IMG/VR virus record: IMGVR_UViG_3300030329_006583 | Span: 1 to 64,000 of that record | DNA: 64,000 nucleotides | Strand: one strand, 5' to 3' | Part shown: positions 46,607 through 55,631 of the stretch, piece after piece | Layout of the letters: every line of letters starts with the position of its first letter | Numbering within the stretch: position 1 is the first letter of the stretch | Translations under genes and position numbers: made by a program | The notes under the pieces: model-generated | What the model was told of the DNA's origin: nothing | The model's input: only the letters and a program-made list of their open reading frames with translations | Databases searched by the model: none

Positions 46607-48548
46607 TCTCTCCGTCTGTGGCTACATCTTCCGCCAACAATGATGATACCTTTTTTTTCAATCCAAGTTTTTTCCCAAGATTTCCTAAAGTATTCTCCAA
46701 TTCAAAAGTCATTTTTGCGTTTTGACCAATCTTAGTATCTAAATAAGTATTCATAAAAGAATCTTCCAATCCCTCCCCAAACGGATTTTTCAAAGACTCT
46801 GCATCATAAGGCTGATTCATCGAATCTTGTTTCCTGGCAGGACCGCCAACACTGGCCATTTTTGCAAGATTAGGCATATGGGTAGAGGCCGGTCCGGAAG
46901 TTACTTTTCGGCTTTTCCTAAGAGGCTCGTTAAAAACATTTCTAATCTGTTTCTCAGCCTTGGCAGGTGCGTCTAAATCGCCTAAGGACAATTTAAGGAT
47001 ATCATCATCATCTTCCTCATCATCTGTCTCGTCGGTTTCATTAATTTCTTCCGACGATTTTGCTATCAATAATTGACCTTGTGGTTCATCAGCCGAGAAT
47101 AGGCCTCCGCCTGCTTCTCCTTCTGGTTCAGGGGCACCGGCTTCAGGTGATTCAGCTGAAACATTCTCTAATTCTGAATCTCTTACTTTATCTTCTTCAC
47201 GACCTTCTTCAATCCTTTCTACCTCGAGATCTGTAAGGCCCATAACATTTTTGCGTATCCAGTATCTGTCTACCACACCTTCAGGTGCTGCGGCGGCAAT
47301 TTCAAATCTTGTCCTGATCAATTCCAATTTTTGTTGTTGGGCAATTGATGAAGGATTAGATAATGCCAATTCAAAATCAATCAAGTCATCCCCTTCATAA
47401 CCATGACAATAAAGGTGAATCATTGCTAATTTATTAAGTTCAGAAATAACCGTTTTTTGAATACGTTGTATTGAACGTGAAAAACGAATGTCTTCCTGTG
47501 CCAAGGTTGCCTTGGCACCGACTTCTTCATCATAACCTAAATATGCCCTAGGGATTTTAAGTGCAGCAAAAAGCTTTTTCTGAATATATTCCACATCCTC
47601 GATGGCGGCGGTGTTTTGACCACCCGCCAATGTATCAATCCTTGTTCCTGATTCACCGCCACGAACGGGAAGAAAATAATCTTCATCTACACTAAGCGGA
47701 TTGTATCTTAAATCAACCTTGCCCGTTGTTTTATCCACCACCTGACTACGTTTAAGACTTGTTTGTGCCTGTTGTAAATAAGTCGCAACATCCTCAGGTG
47801 GGACGTTACCAACATCAATATAAAAAACACGCCGTTCAGGTGCACGAATAACACGATAAACCAACATGGCATCTTCAATCAAGATAAGCTGACGCCAAAT
47901 TCTACGCGCTGATTCCAGAACGCTTGTACCATACGGAAGAAAAGCATCGTTACCTAAAAGCCTAAAATGACTAACTTGCCAATTCTCCAATACTGTATTT
48001 CCCTGAGTCATCCACCTAAAACGCACAGCCGCGGGGTTGTTGGGATCAAAATTTTCTTCCCTTTCAATCTCTGAAATGGCAATTGGAAATGCATTAATAA
48101 CCCCATATTCAGGTGAGATATCATTAAAAAGAAAAAAGTCTCCATATTTACACAGGTTTCTAACCCACATAACCAAATTGAATTCAACATTTAGGATGTC
48201 ATAAAAAAGATTGTCCAGCAATTCATGAATACGCCTGTTTTCCGAGTATATATGCAAAACTCGTCCGCGTTCATCAGGAGAAACAGTTTCCTCGGAGTAT
48301 ATGTCAAGTGCAGAAGCAATCTCAGGTGTAGCCTCCATTTCACTGAAGTCACTATACCTTGACATTCTATCAAAAGCACCATAGGCACTTAAGGTACTAT
48401 TATAAACATCGCTGTGAGCGCGCTGGAATAATTCAAGGGCTGTACTAGCACCTGGTTCGGCAAAATTACGTACTTTACGTTTAATTATCGGGCCGGCACG
48501 AAATAATTGTGTCAACCTCTGAAATAGGTTTTGGGTTTGTCTTGGCAT
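46593..48548 (-). CDS. Portal protein (T4 gp20-like)
   Basis: MEATPEIASALDI, VRNLCKYGD, YGTSVLESARRIWRQL.L.EDAML.YR..RAPERRVFYIDVGN, EDYFLPVRG, IDTLAGG, LKIPRAYL, AQEDIRF; long acidic C-terminal extension. Confidence 0.95.
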   Translation of the reverse strand: MPRQTQNLFQRLTQLFRAGPIIKRKVRNFAEPGASTALELFQRAHSDVYNSTLSAYGAFDRMSRYSDFSEMEATPEIASALDIYSEETVSPDERGRVLHIYSENRRIHELLDNLFYDILNVEFNLVMWVRNLCKYGDFFLFNDISPEYGVINAFPIAISEIEREENFDPNNPAAVRFRWMTQGNTVLENWQVSHFRLLGNDAFLPYGTSVLESARRIWRQLILIEDAMLVYRVIRAPERRVFYIDVGNVPPEDVATYLQQAQTSLKRSQVVDKTTGKVDLRYNPLSVDEDYFLPVRGGESGTRIDTLAGGQNTAAIEDVEYIQKKLFAALKIPRAYLGYDEEVGAKATLAQEDIRFSRSIQRIQKTVISELNKLAMIHLYCHGYEGDDLIDFELALSNPSSIAQQQKLELIRTRFEIAAAAPEGVVDRYWIRKNVMGLTDLEVERIEEGREEDKVRDSELENVSAESPEAGAPEPEGEAGGGLFSADEPQGQLLIAKSSEEINETDETDDEEDDDDILKLSLGDLDAPAKAEKQIRNVFNEPLRKSRKVTSGPASTHMPNLAKMASVGGPARKQDSMNQPYDAESLKNPFGEGLEDSFMNTYLDTKIGQNAKMTFELENTLGNLGKKLGLKKKVSSLLAEDVATDGENENE

Positions 48549-48566
48549 CTCTTTCCTCTTAAACCA

Positions 48567-48573
48567 TAACTAT
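48567..48573 (-). promoter_or_regulatory. Candidate late-promoter motif ATAGTTA (portal)
   Basis: 18 nt before the ATG. Confidence 0.4.
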
Positions 48574-48601
48574 TTTACTTATATTGCAAAATATTTAAAC
48601 C

Positions 48602-50203
48602 TTAAACTAACCAGGATAAATCTCCATATACAGGATGATAACTACCACTAACCGGTGCAGGCGTTTCATTCAATATAACGGGAAGGAATGGATTCAATCT
48701 TTTCTGTACCCATGGACTCTCATGTGATACTTGATTTTGTGTCTCATTAACCTTCATTGCATCTAACATGGCTTTGTTAACATCAACCGTGTATTTATTG
48801 TAAGAAGGTGTGGTATCATATAACCAAACCCCAATAGCGACTGACATTACAAGATCATCATTTTTTCCTTTTTGTGCCTGTGCCTTTGCACCTTTCCAAA
48901 CAAATGTTTTTAATTCTTCATATAATCGGGAGGAAGGAATTTTAAGTTGACGGTTTCTTATCACTTCCTCCAATTTGGTAAGAATCTGGTTACGGCTTTG
49001 GCCCGAGGTGGTAAAACCTATTTTGTGTAAATTGCTTTCCCCTGAATACATGCTAGCATAACGATCTTTTTGTTTCTTAAAATATAAATTAGGATATCCT
49101 AATTCTTGCAATTTCATAATAACCGCATAGCCGTAGGTGTTATTTTCAGGACACATTAATGCCTTATTATAGCGCATACCAGCTTCATTTAAAAGCAATG
49201 CAAACTGATCAGGGGGTAATTTACCTTTATATTCTGCAACAATCTCAGATTCCATCGTGTCAATTACATGAAACGCAGAATAATCTGCGGCATCCCCACG
49301 TGCAATATCTGCAGAAATAATATACCTGTGCTCTGTTAATGCATATTTCCAAACCCATACCCCCATATCAGGGCCCCATTTTTCCAGCGGGTTCTTGACA
49401 CCCACCCTAATGTATTCAAGGTCATCGGCGGTTAGAAATGTATCACCACTGGCTGAAAAATCACATAAAAATTCTTGAGCCACTTGCTTTTTAGAAAAAC
49501 TTTTGGATTCATTTTCAAACCATTCTTCATCATGTTCCGGATGAACCCACCATGGTAATTTAATAGGGTTAAACTCATTTTCTCCGGCTTCAGCTTTTAC
49601 ATATAATTCATGGTATTGTCCTCCCACACCATTAGGGGTGGATAAAACAATAGACCTACCACCTGTTGAGATTGTAGGATATAAACCCATCCATAACTCA
49701 TCAAAATTTCTAACAAAAGCTGCCTCATCCACAATCAATAATGATAACGCCTCTGAACGACCTGCATCATCTGAGGTAGGTACCGCTTTAATTTGTGAAC
49801 CATTACTGAATTCCAACGATTGTTTATTATTGGAAACTATTTGTGGAAGAACCAACCATGGTGGCAGGTTTTTTAATGCAACCTTAACTTTTTTAATGAA
49901 ATTTTGTGCAACTGCCAATTTAGTTGCAATGATTAAAATATTCTTATCTTTATAAAAAATAGCCAACCAAACAGCATATGCAGCAGAAAGAGTTGAAATA
50001 CCTAATTGCCTAGATTTCAAAATAATATTGAATCGATGATCAACAAAATCCTTGAGACAATCATTCTGAAAACTGTATGTTTTAAAGGGAATAAGCCCCC
50101 TTGTGGGGTGCTGAATTTGTACATATTTATTTAAAAAATAAACAGGATCCTTACCACATTTGAGTATCTCTTTTACTTGGCGTTGTTTGGTAGTCAAAGC
50201 CAT
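48602..50203 (-). CDS. terL: Terminase large subunit (gp17-like)
   Basis: ILKSRQLGIST, LLIVDEAAF, LSTPNG, QEFLCDF, ISADIARGDAADYSAF, PENN, NDDLVMS; TAATG overlap with upstream gene. Confidence 0.95.
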   Translation of the reverse strand: MALTTKQRQVKEILKCGKDPVYFLNKYVQIQHPTRGLIPFKTYSFQNDCLKDFVDHRFNIILKSRQLGISTLSAAYAVWLAIFYKDKNILIIATKLAVAQNFIKKVKVALKNLPPWLVLPQIVSNNKQSLEFSNGSQIKAVPTSDDAGRSEALSLLIVDEAAFVRNFDELWMGLYPTISTGGRSIVLSTPNGVGGQYHELYVKAEAGENEFNPIKLPWWVHPEHDEEWFENESKSFSKKQVAQEFLCDFSASGDTFLTADDLEYIRVGVKNPLEKWGPDMGVWVWKYALTEHRYIISADIARGDAADYSAFHVIDTMESEIVAEYKGKLPPDQFALLLNEAGMRYNKALMCPENNTYGYAVIMKLQELGYPNLYFKKQKDRYASMYSGESNLHKIGFTTSGQSRNQILTKLEEVIRNRQLKIPSSRLYEELKTFVWKGAKAQAQKGKNDDLVMSVAIGVWLYDTTPSYNKYTVDVNKAMLDAMKVNETQNQVSHESPWVQKRLNPFLPVILNETPAPVSGSYHPVYGDLSWLV

Positions 50204-50577
50204 TATGCATCAACCTGAATATCTGCAAATCTCCTATAATACGCAATTTTTCTCGGTGAATTGGTGGTTGCCTGTATCAATTCCAGATCATCACGATTTG
50301 ATAATTCCTTTGTATTAAGATCATCACCGGTTTGATTTTTAAATTCATCCTTAAGAAGTTTTAAAACATTCTTCAATCTTTGCATAGACTCATCAACTAA
50401 AACCACCGTCTGATCACGCATACTGCGTTCACTGGCAAAATGAACAATTGTTGAAAACCTTAGGGACAACATATCACCTTGTAACGTATAGGTGATACCA
50501 CTCTGTCCATCACCACCTTTACCTACAGAAAAATCCAGTATGTTCCCAATCGCGTTAATTTGTTCGTTATTTAACAT
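50203..50577 (-). CDS. Hypothetical protein translationally coupled to terL
   Basis: 124 aa; AGGGAG SD; stop overlaps the terL ATG. Confidence 0.7.
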   Translation of the reverse strand: MLNNEQINAIGNILDFSVGKGGDGQSGITYTLQGDMLSLRFSTIVHFASERSMRDQTVVLVDESMQRLKNVLKLLKDEFKNQTGDDLNTKELSNRDDLELIQATTNSPRKIAYYRRFADIQVDA

Positions 50578-50596
50578 TTTTCTCTCCCTATGCGTA

Positions 50597-50603
50597 TAAT
50601 TAT
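50597..50603 (-). promoter_or_regulatory. Candidate late-promoter motif ATAATTA (terminase unit)
   Basis: 19 nt before ATG 50577. Confidence 0.45.
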
Positions 50604-50614
50604 CACATCATACA

Positions 50615-50947
50615 TCACTTTATCCTATATGTTGGTTGATTCATGAGAAAGTTCACATGTTCATCCACTTGTTCCTTTGTTGGGCGCCATCCATCCATCC
50701 ACGCATGCCTATTGCCTTGTGCCCATTGAAACATGCAACTTTGACAACATTTATATTTATCGTAGGAAATTGTATCATTAATATCTTTCATCAAAAAACC
50801 GCATATGCTACAATCCACCACAAAATCAACTATGATCTCTTGACCTTTAATTATTTTAATGTTTGGAGATACTTCCTTTATTATTCTACCACCAAAATAT
50901 GTATTCCATTCCTCACTCATAAACAATCTTTGCATCCTTACCGACAC
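50615..50947 (-). CDS. Small CxxC...CxxC putative Zn-finger protein
   Basis: CSICGF ... CCQSC; overlaps the end of the SbcCD gene; exact start uncertain. Confidence 0.6.
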   Translation of the reverse strand: MSVRMQRLFMSEEWNTYFGGRIIKEVSPNIKIIKGQEIIVDFVVDCSICGFLMKDINDTISYDKYKCCQSCMFQWAQGNRHAWMDGWRPTKEQVDEHVNFLMNQPTYRIK

Positions 50948-53900
50948 TGGTTATATCTAATACATTATCCACCGCGTCCTTAACTGCATCAACATGTGAT
51001 ATAACCATAATATTTTTAAACCACTTCTTTAAAGAATTCAATAAACGATTGCATGCTTCAACATTCATTTCATCCAAAGCACCGAACCCTTCATCAATAA
51101 TAAGCATATTAGTCTTAGGTAAACATGAAATATTTATTAACGCAACCCGAATGGCCAGACTAGCCATCATCTTTTCCATTCCTGATGCACATTCAATTAT
51201 GCGTTGAGAATCCCCGTAATTAATAACAATATCCATATCATTTGAACCGGATTCAGAACTTAGCTCAACCGTAAAGCCCACAACGCCTTGTAGGATTTTA
51301 GATATCTCTGCATTAATAATAGGTAATTGAGATGTTATAATTTGCAACGGTATACCTTTTTTGGAAAATGCACCCATCATAATATCATAGCAACGCCATT
51401 CCTCGTACAATTTCCCGTATTTGATCTTTTCGCTCTGTGAAGTTTTTATTTCCTTTTGCAGAAGTGCAATAGATTCAGAGGCAGATATCCTTTTGGCGTC
51501 AAGTTTTGCTATTTTATCACGCAAAGCCTGAATCTTTCGGCGTAAACTGGAAACTGCTTTGGCATTTGAATCAGAGGAAACGCGTAATTTCATACTAGAC
51601 AAATTGTTTTCAGATTCTGACAATAATTTACCGGCTTTGCTTTTTTGTGTCAACAATTGATTAAACAACATTTCGTCCCTTGAATCCTCTAATAATAATT
51701 CTGCCTCTTGCTTTAAAACATCATCATATTTATCAATTTTTACCTGTAATTGCTGGTCTTCTATTTTTTTCAGTGCACGCCTACTAGCCCTTACGTTGGA
51801 TATTAATTCATTCACTGCCTTTTGTTGTGATTCCATCAAAGACTTGTTGGAATGTGAATCCTTAATAAATTTACACGTAGGGTATTTATCCCCGCACGGT
51901 ACCTCGCCCAATCTTTTTACGGATTTTTTTTGCTCTTTTAAGATTGTTTTTTCTTTTTCGTGAACATGTTCCAATTCTAATAAACTCTTCTCCAAATCTC
52001 GTTGGATCTCTAGTTGTTCCTTCAGTTCATTTATTGGAAATTGTTCCTTAAGGGTGCTGATTCTTTCAATTTTTAAAAGATTTTCCTCCCTTCTTTTTTC
52101 CATCGCCTGTATTTTTTCATTAGAAATAGCTAACGTAGAATTAATCTTTTCAATTTTTTTTACCTGATCGTCAACATCCCGTTGGGTAACGGCATCTTTA
52201 TCTTTGTGTGTTGCCAAAGTGATGTTTAATTCCTCCAAATTGGCACGGGCATCTGCATATTGACTATCTAGCTCTTCCTTCCGTAATTGTTTGTTTATTA
52301 CCCTATCTTCTTTTTCAGCAATTAAGGTATCCCAATCTTTATCAGGCACATTTTTTAGCATCCCTTTAATATCCGCAGAATCTTCTTTTGCAAGGTATGC
52401 CATCTTCTCAAATACATCAAGATCCAAAAATTTATTTAGAATTGCCTTTCTTTGTGTTGCACGATTCTTGATAAAGGTATTCATCTCACCCTGGCTAGCA
52501 AGTGATGTAAGAAGAAAATCATCTGCAGTCCCAACCAAAGTTCTCATTGTTTTTTCAGTTTCACGACGCTGTTCACCATTTAAATCCTGGATAACTTCAC
52601 CGGCAGAATTCAATCTAGACAAATTAAGGTGTGTAACAGCATGAACTTTACCTGCCCTGGTTTGGTGTTTAACAGATTGACGCTCAGCCCTATATAGATT
52701 ACCGTTCACCACAAAATCCACTTCCCCGAGACAATGACCTTTTCGGGAATTTATAACATGTAAATTTTTGATAGGACCACGATCTGTGGTATTAAATAAG
52801 GTGTACATCAGCGCGCCTGCAATGGATGATTTACCCGATCTGTTTTTACCAAAAATACCGGTGATCCCATTTAAATTATCAAAATTTACTACATTCTCTT
52901 TACCATAAAGAAATAAGTTGTCAAATTGCAATCTCTTAATTGAAAAACGTGTATTCCTAACAGTCGATTCTTGGGTTGCTAATTGATTAACGTATTTAGT
53001 GACTAGCTTTTCAATTCTTTCCCATGTATCTAGAGATATATCACTTTCTGAATAATAATTCTTTAAAAGCTTGACATGTGTTTTGGGATCACGTAAATCC
53101 TCATGAAATATTTCACCATCAGCAGTTTGAATTGCAGAACGGAATTCATCATGTTGTTCATATTTAAAAACAATCTCGTAAGGCTTTTTTTCCTTTTTTA
53201 ATGCAGCATACAGTTGTTTAATTTCAGCCTGTGATATCAAATCATTAGCACGAATACGGTACCGTGATTCATTAGGGTGTTGACGCGCTGCATCCAATAT
53301 AGTCTCCGCGTCGCCGTCCCAATCCAATGTCACAAATGGGTGTTTATGAATGACGGGATAAAACGTGCTTTTAAAATTATCCCTATCATCAATCTCCCAA
53401 TATAAAAACCCTTTTCCAGGATCTTCTCCGTAATTCTGTTGGATTGTACTCCCGCAATATGCAATACGTTTTTCGTCATCCAGATATTGAACTTTGTGAA
53501 TATCTCCCAAGAATGCAAAATCAAAGCCGTCAAAAAAAGCTGCGTCAACCTCACCATCTATTTGCCAATCAATATCAGTTGCAGAACCTTGCACACCACC
53601 ATGGTACAAGGCGATATTGATTTCACCTTTCACCGGTTTTACATCTTCCCAGCCTTCTTCGTCAAAACACGAAAACACCCCCCAGTTAATTCCGGCAATT
53701 CCGGTTGGGTATATACCAGACTTTTTGTAAAGATGAATTCTAGGGTTATCTAGTGCCTTGATAATAGGTGTAATTGCATCCTGGCGGTGTTTATTGAGAA
53801 CCAGGCCGTCATGATTGCCCAAGATAACATGAGTGGGTGCCAATTCAGCCAAACCTGTAAACCACCAATTCAAGATATCGATCAATTCAGGTGAAATCCC

Positions 53901-54059
53901 CTGGGTTTTTGAATGTACAATGTCACCACCCACATAAATGACATCAGGTTTCAATTCTGCAACTTGACGAAACATATCCTCAAAAGATTCCCGGTATTCC
54001 TTATGCCGAGTTAATCCTCTAAAATGTACGTCTGCTATGTGTACACAACTAAATTTCAT
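50913..54059 (-). CDS. Fused SbcD-SbcC (T4 gp47-gp46; Mre11-Rad50-like) nuclease/ATPase
   Basis: HIADVH, GGDIVH, LGNHD, LGDIH phosphoesterase motifs; then GKNRSGKSS Walker A, SQG Q-loop, coiled coil with central CGDKYPTC, ASGMEK signature, IIDEGFGALD Walker B, ISH. Start revised to ATG 54059 (AGGA SD). Confidence 0.92.
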   Translation of the reverse strand: MKFSCVHIADVHFRGLTRHKEYRESFEDMFRQVAELKPDVIYVGGDIVHSKTQGISPELIDILNWWFTGLAELAPTHVILGNHDGLVLNKHRQDAITPIIKALDNPRIHLYKKSGIYPTGIAGINWGVFSCFDEEGWEDVKPVKGEINIALYHGGVQGSATDIDWQIDGEVDAAFFDGFDFAFLGDIHKVQYLDDEKRIAYCGSTIQQNYGEDPGKGFLYWEIDDRDNFKSTFYPVIHKHPFVTLDWDGDAETILDAARQHPNESRYRIRANDLISQAEIKQLYAALKKEKKPYEIVFKYEQHDEFRSAIQTADGEIFHEDLRDPKTHVKLLKNYYSESDISLDTWERIEKLVTKYVNQLATQESTVRNTRFSIKRLQFDNLFLYGKENVVNFDNLNGITGIFGKNRSGKSSIAGALMYTLFNTTDRGPIKNLHVINSRKGHCLGEVDFVVNGNLYRAERQSVKHQTRAGKVHAVTHLNLSRLNSAGEVIQDLNGEQRRETEKTMRTLVGTADDFLLTSLASQGEMNTFIKNRATQRKAILNKFLDLDVFEKMAYLAKEDSADIKGMLKNVPDKDWDTLIAEKEDRVINKQLRKEELDSQYADARANLEELNITLATHKDKDAVTQRDVDDQVKKIEKINSTLAISNEKIQAMEKRREENLLKIERISTLKEQFPINELKEQLEIQRDLEKSLLELEHVHEKEKTILKEQKKSVKRLGEVPCGDKYPTCKFIKDSHSNKSLMESQQKAVNELISNVRASRRALKKIEDQQLQVKIDKYDDVLKQEAELLLEDSRDEMLFNQLLTQKSKAGKLLSESENNLSSMKLRVSSDSNAKAVSSLRRKIQALRDKIAKLDAKRISASESIALLQKEIKTSQSEKIKYGKLYEEWRCYDIMMGAFSKKGIPLQIITSQLPIINAEISKILQGVVGFTVELSSESGSNDMDIVINYGDSQRIIECASGMEKMMASLAIRVALINISCLPKTNMLIIDEGFGALDEMNVEACNRLLNSLKKWFKNIMVISHVDAVKDAVDNVLDITSVGKDAKIVYE

Positions 54060-54066
54060 ATTAATC

Positions 54067-55038
54067 CTAAAATATTGTACCACTCTTGATTTTGCTGATC
54101 ATGTGATAAAGCCGATCGGCGCGCTTCCAGGCAGGAGCGATTTTTCTTCTTTCTTCAAATATTTTCTTTGTCATGGAGCCTACATCATCATATCCTGTCA
54201 CATCCATCATTCTAACTGTTACACCAAATTCACTTAACAATTTCGCAAATTGATGTGATTTTTTTGCAGCATCCGGATCCAATGCCAATAAAACCGGTGT
54301 TTGGTTTTTAACAATTTTCTGAAATATTGCGTGATCCTGTTGAAAACTAGATCCTAGGATGCATGTGGCATTTTTATTACATTTCATTAAATCAAATGGA
54401 CCTTCAACTAAAGTTAATTCATTATCCCAGTCTATATTAAGATCATTAAAGATAACCTTTTTTTTAGGAATTTTAGAATTAAGATATTTCATAGCCGAAG
54501 TGACGTCAATTGTCCTTGCCACCGTGTAATTAAGTTCGCCTTCACTATCAAAAGAAGGCATAATCAAACGCCGACGATAGCGGCCACGCAAGCATGTACC
54601 TAATTTATAATACCACAGGTCTCTCTCTTCCAGATCACGAGAAACAGCGTATTTCAAAACAGCCAATGCATCAGGATCAATGCACCGATGGGAAACCACA
54701 TCCGTCAAAGGAACAAACCCGTTAGGTAATTCAACACTGAATTCAGGATCAATGTCATCATTCTTTGATAACCTTAGTTTTCCCCCAAAAACACTTAAAC
54801 ATTCATTAACCAAAGCCGGTTTGTATTTGCGGATTAAATTGACAGGTGCACGCCCCTTAACGTCACATACCCAACAATGATAATCACCTGTATCCAATTT
54901 AAAAACAAGCTTTTTTTTATTACTACCTTGCTTACAACAATTTGGGCATTTGAAGGCATAATTAATACCATCATAGCTTCGATCATTTTGCCCAAATGCC
55001 TTACGTAAAAAAGAAAGCCTGGAATTTACATCTGTCAT
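54067..55038 (-). CDS. DNA primase (T4 gp61/DnaG-like)
   Basis: N-terminal Zn finger CPNC...HCWVC; RRLIMPS; TOPRIM LVEGPFD...ALDPDA...DDVG. Confidence 0.85.
   Translation of the reverse strand: MTDVNSRLSFLRKAFGQNDRSYDGINYAFKCPNCCKQGSNKKKLVFKLDTGDYHCWVCDVKGRAPVNLIRKYKPALVNECLSVFGGKLRLSKNDDIDPEFSVELPNGFVPLTDVVSHRCIDPDALAVLKYAVSRDLEERDLWYYKLGTCLRGRYRRRLIMPSFDSEGELNYTVARTIDVTSAMKYLNSKIPKKKVIFNDLNIDWDNELTLVEGPFDLMKCNKNATCILGSSFQQDHAIFQKIVKNQTPVLLALDPDAAKKSHQFAKLLSEFGVTVRMMDVTGYDDVGSMTKKIFEERRKIAPAWKRADRLYHMISKIKSGTIF
54074..54082 (-). promoter_or_regulatory. Extended -10 promoter candidate for sbcCD
   Basis: TGG-TACAAT, 14 nt before the ATG; no clear -35. Confidence 0.4.
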
Positions 55039-55044
55039 CTTATA

Positions 55045-55073
55045 AAGATAAACTATTTTTTTTATATGTTCAA
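55045..55073 (-). promoter_or_regulatory. Sigma70-type promoter for primase, probably leaderless
   Basis: TTGAAC (55073-55068), 17 nt, TATCTT (55050-55045), 6 nt, ATG; no SD. Confidence 0.55.
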
Positions 55074-55631
55074 ATCATAAGTGGTGGCAACTGCTATCAC
55101 ATATGCATCTGCCATGTCAAAAACGGAATTATCAAAAACAACCTCACCTTTTCTCGGGCCATTCTTTAACGTTTTCATCGGCCATTGGTAACCCGGCTGT
55201 TCTCTCTCAATTCGATCTGAAACCCAGTCATGAATTTGGTTTTTGGTTGGTTTTCCACCGTGATTTTTTCTAATAATACGGATTCCCAATGTTTTTCTAG
55301 CTGCATTAACATTAAGGTGACGCGGCTTTAAACCGAAAACCTGGTAGCTCAACAAAGAAACTATCCCATTAAACCGCGCTAACACCGAAAGTGTTTTGGC
55401 TGATGATAAACCCGGCCTAAATGCCTGTAAGTTTTCCTCAATCGATACCCATTTAATCTTGTATTTTTTTACCAACCCACGAAGACATTTTTCCACCGCG
55501 TCGGCCTTTTGATACGTATCCTTGATTTTATGAAGTGGTATACTACCAATGTCGACCATCTTTCCGGAGGGTTCCACAATGCACCAACCCGTACAAGAGG
55601 TGCTTACATCTAATCCTAATATTAAATCCAT
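55062..55631 (-). CDS. ruvC: RuvC-like Holliday junction resolvase
   Basis: ILGLDVSTSCTGW, VSIEE, FDMADAYVIA; TGATG overlap with the upstream virion gene. Confidence 0.8.
   Translation of the reverse strand: MDLILGLDVSTSCTGWCIVEPSGKMVDIGSIPLHKIKDTYQKADAVEKCLRGLVKKYKIKWVSIEENLQAFRPGLSSAKTLSVLARFNGIVSLLSYQVFGLKPRHLNVNAARKTLGIRIIRKNHGGKPTKNQIHDWVSDRIEREQPGYQWPMKTLKNGPRKGEVVFDNSVFDMADAYVIAVATTYDLNI

Noticed and set aside
48602-50203. Inteins or introns in terminase, helicase, RecA or primase (common insertion sites)
   Set aside because: Motif spacing and protein lengths are normal and no splice-junction motifs are present.
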